NCBI GenBank assembly: GCA_050293845.1
Contig: JBNKNM010000004.1
Location: 18,578 to 82,577 of the forward strand
Direction: 5' to 3'
DNA length: 64,000 nt
Source: Pseudobacteriovorax sp.
GTDB lineage: Bacteria > Bdellovibrionota_B > Oligoflexia > Oligoflexales > Oligoflexaceae
This document shows, one piece after another, positions 49,271 to 58,648 of this stretch; the first letter of the stretch is position 1, and the number at the start of each line of letters is the position of its first letter. The position numbers and the translations under genes are program-made. Under the pieces are notes generated by a model. The model saw nothing but the letters and a program-made list of their open reading frames with translations, did not search any database and was not told where the DNA came from.

Positions 49271-49664
49271 TTATGTTTCCTTTCAAGGTGTCTAGGATTG
49301 GGCATTCTGATGAAGGTTCTTCGCTGTAACATAGGTCGATTAATTGTTTTAATGCAGTTCTCATCCTTGTTAAGTCACTAATTTTAATTTGAATCTCTTC
49401 CACTTTTTTCTCAGCTTTTATTTTGACGCTGTGACACCGTGATTTTCTATTGGAGTTCAAAGAGAGTAGTTCACCAATTTCCTTGAGAGAAAACCCAAGA
49501 TCCTTTGACCGCTTTATGAACTTGAGTCTGGAAATTGCTGTCTCGTTGTAAGTCCGATATCCAGATTCTTTGCGAGCTAGAGGTTTTATTAGATTCTCGC
49601 GCTCGTAAAACCGAATCGTTTCAATGCTGACCCCTGTTTTCTTTGAAAGCTCGCCAATCATCAT
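49263..49664 (-). CDS. merR: MerR-family heavy-metal regulator
   Basis: IGELSKKTGVSIETIRFYER...C...C...ECPIL. Confidence 0.9.
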   Translation of the reverse strand: MMIGELSKKTGVSIETIRFYERENLIKPLARKESGYRTYNETAISRLKFIKRSKDLGFSLKEIGELLSLNSNRKSRCHSVKIKAEKKVEEIQIKISDLTRMRTALKQLIDLCYSEEPSSECPILDTLKGNINE

Positions 49665-49685
49665 TCCTGGTTCTCCTTCTAATTT

Positions 49686-49716
49686 CTTTACGGTCTATAG
49701 TATACTTTAGACTCAA
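49686..49716 (-). promoter_or_regulatory. MerR-type promoter/operator
   Basis: -35 TTGAGT overlapping the dyad GTCTAAAGTA-TACTATAGAC (49693-49712), with a long spacer. Confidence 0.7.
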
Positions 49717-49799
49717 GAACTAATTTATAATGATCTGTTATTATTGATATATTTATTTGAGAACAGATTTCAGGAGCCAGAGTTAAAATTTCGCCTTAG

Positions 49800-49970
49800 G
49801 TGCACCGTCGGTAAATTCGCTGTCAGCTGATTTACGTCCCTGACTGTTCAGTAACAAGGTAGATCAATTAACAAACTGTCGCCCAAATCATGTACCGCAT
49901 CGGTCGTGATATCTGTTCTGTTAGCTAACCAACCACCTATAAACTCAATGAAGGTAAAGACCACATTCAG
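49800..49970 (-). pseudogene. Degraded cation diffusion facilitator (czcD-like) fragment
   Basis: LNVVFTFIEFIGGWLAN...DAVHDLGDSL, then an out-of-frame ADSEFTDG and stops. Confidence 0.75.
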
Positions 49971-50153
49971 TTCTATTTTAATGCAATAAGTGCTTCAATT
50001 TTTCCGCACAGGGCGAGATGGTCATGGTTCCTGGATATTTAGTATCTAGGAACCATGATTATGACAGTAAGTCCCAACTAAGCGAGAAGAGAAATGCTTT
50101 TTACATATTTCATTGATTGTTCACTATCTTTCCATTCAGCATTTGTTCTCCTT

Positions 50154-50300
50154 TTAAGGATGCGAGTGAACTTTTCCATCTCCATGATCGTGAGCTTCTT
50201 CAGAAGGACTACTTAAAACAACGATACCTCCAATTACTGCGAAAAAAACAACAACAATCAGTATTTCCATTTTAAAGCTTTTCTTAGATGACATTGACAT
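50154..50300 (-). CDS. Unannotated 48-aa single-TM protein with His tail
   Basis: MSMSSKKSFKMEILIVVVFFAVIGGIVVLSSPSEEAHDHGDGKVHSHP; GAAGGA upstream. Confidence 0.65.
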   Translation of the reverse strand: MSMSSKKSFKMEILIVVVFFAVIGGIVVLSSPSEEAHDHGDGKVHSHP

Positions 50301-50313
50301 TCCTTCTATGTAG

Positions 50314-50339
50314 TCGACAACCCCTTGAGGGGTTGTCGA
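50314..50339 (-). terminator. Stem-loop downstream of the 50354 gene
   Basis: TCGACAACCCCT-TG-AGGGGTTGTCGA perfect inverted repeat. Confidence 0.6.
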
Positions 50340-50353
50340 ATTAAAATCGATGG

Positions 50354-50719
50354 CTATTTACCTGTGTGATTGATACCTGAAAGAAAACCTTTTGGAGTAA
50401 CAAAAACAAAAAGGTTTTTCTTTGGCTCAGCAGCTTCCTTATTATAGAATTTGAGTAACCATTCCTGTTTTCCATTGAATGTTTTTTGGGTGATCTCTTT
50501 CATCTCTGCTTTCTGCCAGGATTTTGGGATTTTCCCTTTGGAAATATAAGAGGGAATTACTTTCGCAACTACTGCCTCTTTTATTTCACTTTGGGTGCAT
50601 ATTGGAACCTTACATTTAATAATTTGCTGAGGACCATGTGAATGCCCTCCTCCAGGTCCAGCATGAGCAGGAATACTAAGAGCTAGAAAGGCAGATATTG
50701 AAAAAAGTAGTTTGATCAT
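50354..50719 (-). CDS. Secreted His-motif protein (DUF6488-like)
   Basis: Signal peptide, GPGGGHSHG, GKIPKSW...EW...F.N...G...INHTG. Confidence 0.7.
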   Translation of the reverse strand: MIKLLFSISAFLALSIPAHAGPGGGHSHGPQQIIKCKVPICTQSEIKEAVVAKVIPSYISKGKIPKSWQKAEMKEITQKTFNGKQEWLLKFYNKEAAEPKKNLFVFVTPKGFLSGINHTGK

Positions 50720-50743
50720 ATTTGATCTCCTTTACAAAATCGG

Positions 50744-51520
50744 TTATAGACTGTCGTGTGAATTAGATTTCTCTTCTATTTGCTGATGAATATGAGAATG
50801 GTTATCCTTGCTAAATCCGAATTCATCTGGGTTAGAGTTGTGCAGATACCCATGAAGCTGCATCAGAAACAACATAAAACCTGCTAGAATAAGGCCATGG
50901 TTCGCGACTTTTGAAAACCTCGTAAAAAACGATGCGTTTCTGAATCTTGAAAGAATGCCCACCATTACAACGAGTGCAGCTACTTGGCCAAGCTCGACTC
51001 CGATGTTGAATGAGATAATCCTTGCAAGCATTTCTAGGCCTTTTTCACCTAGAGGCAATTGCTGCAATCTGGTTGATAAACCGAACCCATGGATTAAACC
51101 AAATATGAAGACCATGAAAATAAGATTTGGAGCTTCTTTCATTCCAAAGTAATTCTGAAAACCTCTATTATTATCGAAGCCTTTGTAACATACAGTTATC
51201 GCAATAACAGCATCGATAAGCCAGTAGTTAGCCGTGATTCCTAAAAAAGTTGCAAAGATTAACGTTACGCTATGCCCCAGAGTGAAAGCTGTCACAAACT
51301 TCAATATATCATTGAATTTTGACAGGAAGAAAATTACACCAAAAAGAAAAAGTAAGTGGTCGTAGCCAGTAATCATATGCTCGGCTCCGAGCGTTATATA
51401 CTGGAAATAACCACCTTCTATCATTGCTTTTTTTGCTTCATCACTTATTCCATGCCCATAGGATTCCATAGCAAAGAAAAAAGTAAAAAAGCCAACTAGC
51501 TTATTCACATTAAACCTCAA
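50744..51520 (-). CDS. HupE/UreJ-family Ni/Co membrane protein
   Basis: GAEHMITGYDHLLFL, FTLGHSVTL, FGLIHGFG, FNIGVELGQ. Confidence 0.9.
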   Translation of the reverse strand: MRFNVNKLVGFFTFFFAMESYGHGISDEAKKAMIEGGYFQYITLGAEHMITGYDHLLFLFGVIFFLSKFNDILKFVTAFTLGHSVTLIFATFLGITANYWLIDAVIAITVCYKGFDNNRGFQNYFGMKEAPNLIFMVFIFGLIHGFGLSTRLQQLPLGEKGLEMLARIISFNIGVELGQVAALVVMVGILSRFRNASFFTRFSKVANHGLILAGFMLFLMQLHGYLHNSNPDEFGFSKDNHSHIHQQIEEKSNSHDSL

Positions 51521-51553
51521 TCATTAATTATATTTACTGTTGTTATGGTCTAG

Positions 51554-51934
51554 TCAGATGATTGTGGTGATAGGGGGGCGAAGAACCTCAGATGGATGAT
51601 GACTAAATGTCAGAGATTCATAGTAAAAAACTATACTTAAAATTATAAACTCAGTTTCGTTTTTGATGTCTTCAGCTGCAACGACTTGGAGATAATTGGT
51701 CGAACCAAAGTGTGCATGTTGATGCTCATGCCCACCATCACCTTCATGTTCATTAGCGCTATTTTTATCATTGTGTGTATGACTGTGTGAGTGGGAATGA
51801 TTCAGTTGGCTGTGAGAATCATGTTCAGATATATCAAATTCATCGTGCAATATTAACATATTGATATCACTAATCGGAAGTGAATAAAAAATCACTCCAA
51901 TTGATACAATTGCTATTAGAACTCTACTAAACAA
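51554..51934 (-). CDS. His-rich leader protein ending in RPPI
   Basis: N-terminal hydrophobic helix, poly-His region, C-terminal EVLRPPI; first gene of the hupE operon. Confidence 0.7.
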   Translation of the reverse strand: MFSRVLIAIVSIGVIFYSLPISDINMLILHDEFDISEHDSHSQLNHSHSHSHTHNDKNSANEHEGDGGHEHQHAHFGSTNYLQVVAAEDIKNETEFIILSIVFYYESLTFSHHPSEVLRPPITTII

Positions 51935-52105
51935 TACTTCAACCTAACCATGTTCCTACCGAGGCAAGCTAAATATAGACGCAGATTCCTCGATGAACAA
52001 CCAACTAAAAAGCATACAGCTATATACACATAGTTATATGACATTTATTACAAGCTCCTAAAGCTTTTTTACTGCCAGTTTCGATAGACAATCCCCAAGC
52101 ACTCA

Positions 52106-52573
52106 TTAGATCCAACGGGGAACTTTTTTGCAATATTCATCATATGCTTCACCAAACATTTTTCGTAGCGCTCGCTCTTCTGGCTTAATCTGAAACAAGG
52201 TCAAATAGACAGGAAAAAGAAAATTCAAAGTTACCGCAACAAGACTATTTAGGAAAATTGACCATGCTATTAGCAGTAAAAAACAGCCGAGGTACATCGG
52301 ATTTCGTGTGAAGCTAAAAACTCCACTTTCTACCAAGTGAGTAGCATTTTCTGGATGAATCGGATTAACTGTCGTCTCAGAGCTTCTGAACCTTATAACT
52401 CCAGCTAGGAGCACAAATATTCCGGCGACAAACAAAAGTGTAGCTAAGCTTATTCGAAGTATGTTGGAGATATCGAAACCGGTCGAAATCCAACTGAAAA
52501 AGACAAAAATAATAGTTAGCAACAATGGAGGAATTTTTAACTCAATGTGACTGAGTAAGCTATTTTGGTTCAT
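52106..52573 (-). CDS. Isoprenylcysteine carboxyl methyltransferase family protein
   Basis: ELKIPP...TTVNP...LVESGVFSFTRNPMYLG...FQIKPEERAL...VPRWI. Confidence 0.9.
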   Translation of the reverse strand: MNQNSLLSHIELKIPPLLLTIIFVFFSWISTGFDISNILRISLATLLFVAGIFVLLAGVIRFRSSETTVNPIHPENATHLVESGVFSFTRNPMYLGCFLLLIAWSIFLNSLVAVTLNFLFPVYLTLFQIKPEERALRKMFGEAYDEYCKKVPRWI

Positions 52574-52643
52574 CTTTTCTCCCATATATTTACAATTCAT
52601 GAGTAGGAAAAGGGGGTGCCCCCCCATTTCCAAGAAATTCTTG

Positions 52644-55600
52644 TTAGTGCTCGCTAGAGTTAAAGGTTGTCATGTGTTTTTCTAGCATCCTGTAAATAAT
52701 GGGCAGAACAACCAAAGTCAGCACTGTCGCTGTTGCTATCCCTCCTACGACGACAGCTGCCAAGGGTCGTTGTACTTCTGCTCCGCTCCCAGTAGAAAGC
52801 ATCATTGGTAGAAAGCCAAAAGCGTCAGTTACGGCGGTCATTGCAACTGGCCTTAAGCGCATGAGAGTTCCCTCGACAATTAGCTTGTCTCCTGAAAGCC
52901 CTTTTCGCTTCAAGGTGTTAAAATAGCTAACGAGTACCACACCATTTAACACTGCTATTCCCGAAAGCGCAATAAATCCAACGGCTGCCGATATCGAAAA
53001 ATCCAATCCGTTAAAGATGAGACCAAGCACCCCTCCAGCCAAGGCCATTGGAATACAGGCAAAGATTATCAAGGTTTGAAGAATACTTCCGAAGGCCATA
53101 TAAATCATCATGAAGACTAGAATTAGTGCCAGAGGTACCACAATAATTAGCCGTTCTTTAGCCCTTTCCAAGTTTTTAAAACTCCCTCCCCATTCAATAT
53201 AGTAGCCAGCAGGAATCTCGAGATTTTCGGAAACTTTAGTCATTGCTTCTTCAATAAAGCTTGCTGTGTCTCTACCTCGCACATTGATAAGAACGGCAGC
53301 TCGTTTTTGCGAACTTTCTCGCCTGATTTCATTGTATGTTTCTTGAATGTTAACGTTTGCTACTTCGCTTAATTGAACAGTAAAGTTTTCACCAGCTCCT
53401 ACTGGGACTTTTTTGATAGATTCAACATTGGATCGATCGCTTTCGCTAAGTCTGACGATAATTGGAAACCTTACAACTCCTTCATACATCGAGCCCGCTT
53501 CCGTACCTCCAATTGCAGTCTCAACAGTGCCCAATACATTCTCTTTTGAAATACCAAGTTGCTTCAATTGACTGTTTTTCGGTTCGATTCTTAGAACAGG
53601 GGCTTTCCCTTTAATTTCTTCCTCGGCGTCACCCACTCCTGGGACTGTTCTAACGATCTCCGCAGCCCTTGCAGCTATTTCAGAAATGACATCCATGTCT
53701 TTTCCATAGACCTTTAGTGCAACATCGGCCCTTACACCTTCAAGGAGCTCATTAAATCTAAGCTGTATAGGTTGTGAAAAAATTAGACTCTGACCGGGAA
53801 GATTAGGTTCGAGCTTCATTTTTATCTCTTGGATAATATCGGATTTAGTTTTTCCTTTCGGCCATTCTTCTTTTGGCTTTAAGAGAATATAAGTATCTGA
53901 AAGGTTGACCCCCATTGGATCGGTGGCAACTTCAGCAGTCCCTATGCGAGATAATACAGTCTTAACTTCTGGTAGCTCCAAAATCATCTTTTCAGAAATT
54001 TCCTGCATTGCGACTGATTGATCTACTGAAATATTAGTTGGTCTAACAAATTGAACAGCAATTGAACCTTCATCCAGTTGAGGCAAAAAGTTAGAACCCA
54101 GATTAGTAAAGAGTATAGCACCACTTACAATAGAGACTACACCTAATCCAACGACTAGCAGCTTAGCTTTCAAGGCAACTTTAATGATCGGTAAATAGAG
54201 CCGTTCTATGAAGGACATCACGATCGGCTTTCTAGTTTGTAGCTTACCAGATAGAAAGCTACCCGCAATTGCTGGTATTGTCGTAAACGAAAAAATAAAT
54301 GCTGCACCGAGTGCGAAGCAAAACGTTGCTGCCATAGGTGCAAACATCTTGGCTTCGACGCCAGTAAGTGCAAAAATCGGTAGAAACACGACAATAATAA
54401 TAACTTGTCCAAAGCCCGCAGCTGATCGTATTTCTACGGTAGCATTGACTACCTGCTCCTTGATTTCACTTCGATCTAAATCTCTCCCCAATTCTTTGGC
54501 TTTAGATGAGATAAGCCTCACACAGTTATCCATGACGATGACAGCACCATCAATAATGATACCGAAATCCAAAGCCCCTAAACTCATCAAATTTCCTGAA
54601 ACATCGAAATACTTCATCAAAATGAAAGTTGATAACAGTGAAAGAGGAATTGTGATGGAAGTAATGATCGCAACTCGGAAGTTTCCAATCATGATAAGAA
54701 GGACTAAAGCAACTAGACCTGCACCAAATAATAAATTTCTTTGGACAGTCCCAAGAGTATCATCGACTAAATCTGATCTGTTATAGATGACTTTTAGTTC
54801 CACCCAATCAGGTAATGTTTTCTTTATCTCTTGAATCTTTTCATCTACTGCAATTGAAACCGTTCGGCTATTTTCTCCTAACAACATCAAAATCGTTCCA
54901 ATTACGCTTTCTTTGCCATTTACTAGTGCTGCCCCTGTTCGAAGCTCCTTATCAAACCTTACGTCAGCGACATCACTAATGGTTATAGTTTTGAAACTAG
55001 GTAAGCGCTTAATTACTATTTCTTTAATGTCATCAGGGGATCGTACCAAACCAGTAGCTTGAATCAGCAATTGTTCTGCAGTCTGCTGAACATACCCTCC
55101 ACCAGTATTGCGATTATTGGATTCTATAGCTTTAACTATTTCATCCAAATGGATTCCATATCGGCTTAAGTCTGACATCCTAGGCTGTACAAAAATCTGT
55201 TTTTCGAATCCACCTATAGCATTGACTTCTGCCACTCCTTTAACGGTTAGAAGCCTCGGAGTAATAGACCACTCATTTAACGCTCTAAGATCCATCAATT
55301 GCTTAATCCGCTCTTCTCCTGTAGCTTCATTCTTTGCTTCCAGAGAATAGAAATAGATTTCACCCAAACCCGTTGTTATTGGACCCAAAGAAGGCTGAAC
55401 CCCAGAAGGAAGGTCATCACTGATACCTTGTAGCTTTTCTGTCACAAGTTGTCTTGCGCGGTATATATCTGTACCTTCTTCAAAGATTATCGTAACCTGA
55501 GACAGACCGAATCGGGTTATAGATCTAATCTGATCCACCTTAGGGATACCACCCATTTCACTTTCAATAGGAAAAGTAATAAACCTTTCTATTTCTTCGG

Positions 55601-55772
55601 GTACAAGTCCGTCAACTGCTGTACTGATCTGCACTTGAACATTGGTGATATCAGGGACGGCATCAATTGGCAGAGACTTGAATGACATCCAACCAAAAAT
55701 CATTGCTATAGCCGTAAATAGAAAGACTAGGCCTCGCCTATTGACGGAGGCTTCGATCAATTTGTTAAACAT
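52644..55772 (-). CDS. czcA: CzcA-type heavy-metal RND permease
   Basis: PIDAVPDITNVQVQI, GPITTGLGEI, NLMSLGALDFGIIIDG, GAEVQRPLA. Confidence 0.95.
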   Translation of the reverse strand: MFNKLIEASVNRRGLVFLFTAIAMIFGWMSFKSLPIDAVPDITNVQVQISTAVDGLVPEEIERFITFPIESEMGGIPKVDQIRSITRFGLSQVTIIFEEGTDIYRARQLVTEKLQGISDDLPSGVQPSLGPITTGLGEIYFYSLEAKNEATGEERIKQLMDLRALNEWSITPRLLTVKGVAEVNAIGGFEKQIFVQPRMSDLSRYGIHLDEIVKAIESNNRNTGGGYVQQTAEQLLIQATGLVRSPDDIKEIVIKRLPSFKTITISDVADVRFDKELRTGAALVNGKESVIGTILMLLGENSRTVSIAVDEKIQEIKKTLPDWVELKVIYNRSDLVDDTLGTVQRNLLFGAGLVALVLLIMIGNFRVAIITSITIPLSLLSTFILMKYFDVSGNLMSLGALDFGIIIDGAVIVMDNCVRLISSKAKELGRDLDRSEIKEQVVNATVEIRSAAGFGQVIIIVVFLPIFALTGVEAKMFAPMAATFCFALGAAFIFSFTTIPAIAGSFLSGKLQTRKPIVMSFIERLYLPIIKVALKAKLLVVGLGVVSIVSGAILFTNLGSNFLPQLDEGSIAVQFVRPTNISVDQSVAMQEISEKMILELPEVKTVLSRIGTAEVATDPMGVNLSDTYILLKPKEEWPKGKTKSDIIQEIKMKLEPNLPGQSLIFSQPIQLRFNELLEGVRADVALKVYGKDMDVISEIAARAAEIVRTVPGVGDAEEEIKGKAPVLRIEPKNSQLKQLGISKENVLGTVETAIGGTEAGSMYEGVVRFPIIVRLSESDRSNVESIKKVPVGAGENFTVQLSEVANVNIQETYNEIRRESSQKRAAVLINVRGRDTASFIEEAMTKVSENLEIPAGYYIEWGGSFKNLERAKERLIIVVPLALILVFMMIYMAFGSILQTLIIFACIPMALAGGVLGLIFNGLDFSISAAVGFIALSGIAVLNGVVLVSYFNTLKRKGLSGDKLIVEGTLMRLRPVAMTAVTDAFGFLPMMLSTGSGAEVQRPLAAVVVGGIATATVLTLVVLPIIYRMLEKHMTTFNSSEH

Positions 55773-55786
55773 TTAAACCTCCTAAT

Positions 55787-56410
55787 TTAGTGAACGTGAC
55801 CCTGGCCACCTTGACCAGAAGCTTCTAAATGAGCAACCCTAAGAAGATTGACTCCTTGATTTACGATTTCATTACTTTGTGAAAGCTCCTTAGATTGTAT
55901 TCTGGTAGAGTACTTGCTACGTTCAATAATTTTTACATTAATGATCTCGAACCAATTACCAACTTTCCGGTAAACACCTACTTCGTTTTGATAGTCAACA
56001 ATTGCAGAAGTGGGAACTTCATAGATTCCTTTTTCTGATCGATCTAGTTGGATAGTATCGATCTTTAAAGTTTTTATGGCACCATCAGCTAGTTTAAATA
56101 ACTTGCCCTCTTTTTTGACCTCTTCAATGGCTTTTCCTTTACCGAATTTTTCTTCTTCGTGTCCGTGTTCATGTTCGGAGTGGCCCTCCACTTTCCCATG
56201 CTCATGTTCGGAGTGGCCCTCCTCTTTTCCATTATCATGTTCGGAGTGATCATCTTCTTTCCCATGCTCATGTTCGGAGTGGCCCTCCTCTTTTCCATTA
56301 TCATGTTTGGAGTGATCATCTTTTTTACCATGACCAGTGGTCGACGCTTTCGAAAGAGTCGATAACCCTAAGAGAAACATCAAAATCGAAGTAATTAGTA
56401 AGTTGTTCAT
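55787..56410 (-). CDS. His-rich short periplasmic protein in the CzcB position
   Basis: Signal peptide, five 11-aa His repeats, then VPTSAIV...VY...EIVNQG..LL, resembling only the ends of an adaptor protein. Confidence 0.75.
   Translation of the reverse strand: MNNLLITSILMFLLGLSTLSKASTTGHGKKDDHSKHDNGKEEGHSEHEHGKEDDHSEHDNGKEEGHSEHEHGKVEGHSEHEHGHEEEKFGKGKAIEEVKKEGKLFKLADGAIKTLKIDTIQLDRSEKGIYEVPTSAIVDYQNEVGVYRKVGNWFEIINVKIIERSKYSTRIQSKELSQSNEIVNQGVNLLRVAHLEASGQGGQGHVH
56163..56330 (-). repeat. 33-bp in-frame tandem repeat (5 units; GK-x-(D/E)-(D/G)-HS-(E/K)-H-(D/E)-(N/H))
   Basis: Repeated CATGTTCGGAGTG cores at 33-bp spacing. Confidence 0.9.
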
Positions 56411-57606
56411 TTCAGAGTCTCCTGTGAAATACGGCCTTCAATGGCGGCGATTTTCCAAAATGCAATTACACCCTCTAGTTCAAGTTGATGTAAGTTTTTG
56501 TAATATTCTAAGACTTGACGATGAAGCTCAATTATCAGAGCAGGAGAAACTATTCCTCTTTTAGATAAACTGTGTAATTCATTATGCCTTTTCATGATTC
56601 TACTGTTTGAAAGACTTTGAGAATACTTTTTAGAAATTTGTACATAAAGTTCATATAGATGCTGCCTTTGACGTTTTAAATTCGATTCTATGAGATTGAA
56701 TCCAAGCTCGCTGGTAGCTATCTCTGCTAAAGCCTTAGCTTTACCACCTTCGTTCCTTTGGTAAAGGGGAAGTGGCAAAGACAATGCTATTCCTACTCTA
56801 AAATCTTTATCATCAAGTTCGAACTTTGGGCCAATAAGTAGATCAGGTGACGATTTAGACTTTTCTAGTGCATATCTGGCCTTTTGATATTCAATTTCGT
56901 TTTTTGCTTTTACAATTTCTGCTCCTAAAACATCGCCAGATTGAATGGCAGGCCATTTCTTAACTATTTGCGGTAAGTGCTTTCGATTCAAAGTAATCCT
57001 ACGACCTATCCCCATTTCAATTCTATTGAGGATTGTAAGTTTTTCGTTTGAAAGAGAGTTTTTACTCATCAGGCTTTCATCTAAAGCCATATTAAAAATA
57101 GCTTCAGAAATAGTATTTTGAGGGTCCAATCGACCAGCTTTAGAGTATTTCTTCGAAATGTGAGAAAAAGATTCGATAGTTTCATCTAGAATATTTTCTT
57201 CCTGCTCAAGCTGTCGATACTTGTATAAATCGATTACGGACTGAATAGCTATTTTGTCTTTGAGATCTATCAGGTTTGCTTGTAACAATTCGCTCTCTTT
57301 TTCGGCAACATCAACTCGTGCTGATAGCTTCCCTCCCAGTTCAAAGGTGTGTAGAAAAGCAACATTTGAGGAAAGACTACCTTCGTCGCTTACTGTTCCC
57401 TCAAATTCGAATTCCGGATTAGGTCGCTGAGAGGCGAGCTCAGCTGCTTTAACCGATGATTCTATTCTAGATTGACTAATTTGGACTTTAGAGTGGTTGC
57501 TTACAATACATTTGAGAACCTCATTTGCTGTTGTTAATTTCTTGCATTCTGCAGCAGCTATTAAAGGCCACGAAAGCATTAATATGACTATATATAACTT
57601 ATACAT
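56407..57606 (-). CDS. TolC/CzcC-family outer membrane factor
   Basis: RPNPEFE, FELGGKLSAR, SLPLPLYQRNEG. Confidence 0.88.
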   Translation of the reverse strand: MYKLYIVILMLSWPLIAAAECKKLTTANEVLKCIVSNHSKVQISQSRIESSVKAAELASQRPNPEFEFEGTVSDEGSLSSNVAFLHTFELGGKLSARVDVAEKESELLQANLIDLKDKIAIQSVIDLYKYRQLEQEENILDETIESFSHISKKYSKAGRLDPQNTISEAIFNMALDESLMSKNSLSNEKLTILNRIEMGIGRRITLNRKHLPQIVKKWPAIQSGDVLGAEIVKAKNEIEYQKARYALEKSKSSPDLLIGPKFELDDKDFRVGIALSLPLPLYQRNEGGKAKALAEIATSELGFNLIESNLKRQRQHLYELYVQISKKYSQSLSNSRIMKRHNELHSLSKRGIVSPALIIELHRQVLEYYKNLHQLELEGVIAFWKIAAIEGRISQETLK

Positions 57607-57721
57607 TTGAGTTCCTAATTTACCAATAATATAGAAATTCTATACATACGATTAGGAGCATTTAAATAAATTTAAAGCTTTCTAACCGCATACATGTGTT
57701 AAAAATATTTGTTTGACCTGT

Positions 57722-58111
57722 CTATCGTTCGACGGGAATGGCTTTATCGATCCAAACAAAACTTGAGATAAGATCGCTAGATGTACTGACAGTAACTTCC
57801 GTTCCATCAACACTATCAACCGTGCATTTACCTAGTTTTTCTATCCAACAACGCCCACCAGTTGCTCTTTTCGAAGAACGGGAGCTTTTGAGGGACTTGA
57901 TTCTCTCAGGGTTGCATTCTTTTCTAAATAATGTGAGTTTTTCGCCGACTTTGGTTTCAAATCCAGGATTATAAAATACTCCTTTATTCCCAGACAACTT
58001 TTTGACCAGTTTTCCCTCATTTGAGGTGTAGGTCGATGCACAGGAGTTAAGAAATGTCGCAAAAAATAGGCATATAGATAAAATAACATTCGTCATTTTG
58101 TTTTTCTCCAA
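57722..58111 (-). CDS. Lipoprotein, hypothetical
   Basis: Lipobox FLNS-C; basic, with a Cys pair. Confidence 0.65.
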   Translation of the reverse strand: MEKNKMTNVILSICLFFATFLNSCASTYTSNEGKLVKKLSGNKGVFYNPGFETKVGEKLTLFRKECNPERIKSLKSSRSSKRATGGRCWIEKLGKCTVDSVDGTEVTVSTSSDLISSFVWIDKAIPVER

Positions 58112-58205
58112 ATACTAAGAGTGCAGTCCCTCAAAACATTGAGGGAACAATAAGCGTCTCCACTTAGAAGACCGAAGATGAAAGAGAGCTCAAATTGCAG
58201 AAATT

Positions 58206-58520
58206 TTAAAGTATTGGAGGTCGAAAAAGAGAGTTCAGATGAAGAGAGCTTAAAAAGCTAGACCTGAAATAAGTAATAAGAACTGTCTGCAAAGGGGCTT
58301 GTGCTGTTTGGGATTGAGTAAAAAGATTGATAACAATAGAACAATGTCCAACATGACATATATGGGAGTCTTCAAATGGATCATCCGAAGAATGGCATGG
58401 ATGATTGTCAATGGAATGGTCCAAATCAGCTATCGTGTTTTCCATAGCAGAAAAAGCAGTGCTGCTAAACACAGTTATCAGTATTAGAAACGCAAGATAT
58501 TTTCTAAGTATTTGAAACAA
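58206..58520 (-). CDS. CzcI-like His/Cys leader protein ending in RPPI
   Basis: Signal-like N-term, HICHVGHC, C-terminal LFRPPIL; first gene of the czc-like operon. Confidence 0.7.
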   Translation of the reverse strand: MFQILRKYLAFLILITVFSSTAFSAMENTIADLDHSIDNHPCHSSDDPFEDSHICHVGHCSIVINLFTQSQTAQAPLQTVLITYFRSSFLSSLHLNSLFRPPIL

Positions 58521-58648
58521 TGAGCGATTCCTAGCTGTTGAATTTCCTCATACTTACTAGCGATAAGATTGTACTCTTAAAGACTTTGGATGTCATCGGA
58601 ATATTTGGTCCCAAACTTTAGATGTTATATACTTTCCAAAAAATGGGT

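Noticed and set aside
56089..56365. Repetitive alternative-frame ORFs (ITPNM.. and MFGVAL..)
   Set aside because: By-products of the 33-bp tandem repeat in the His-rich gene.
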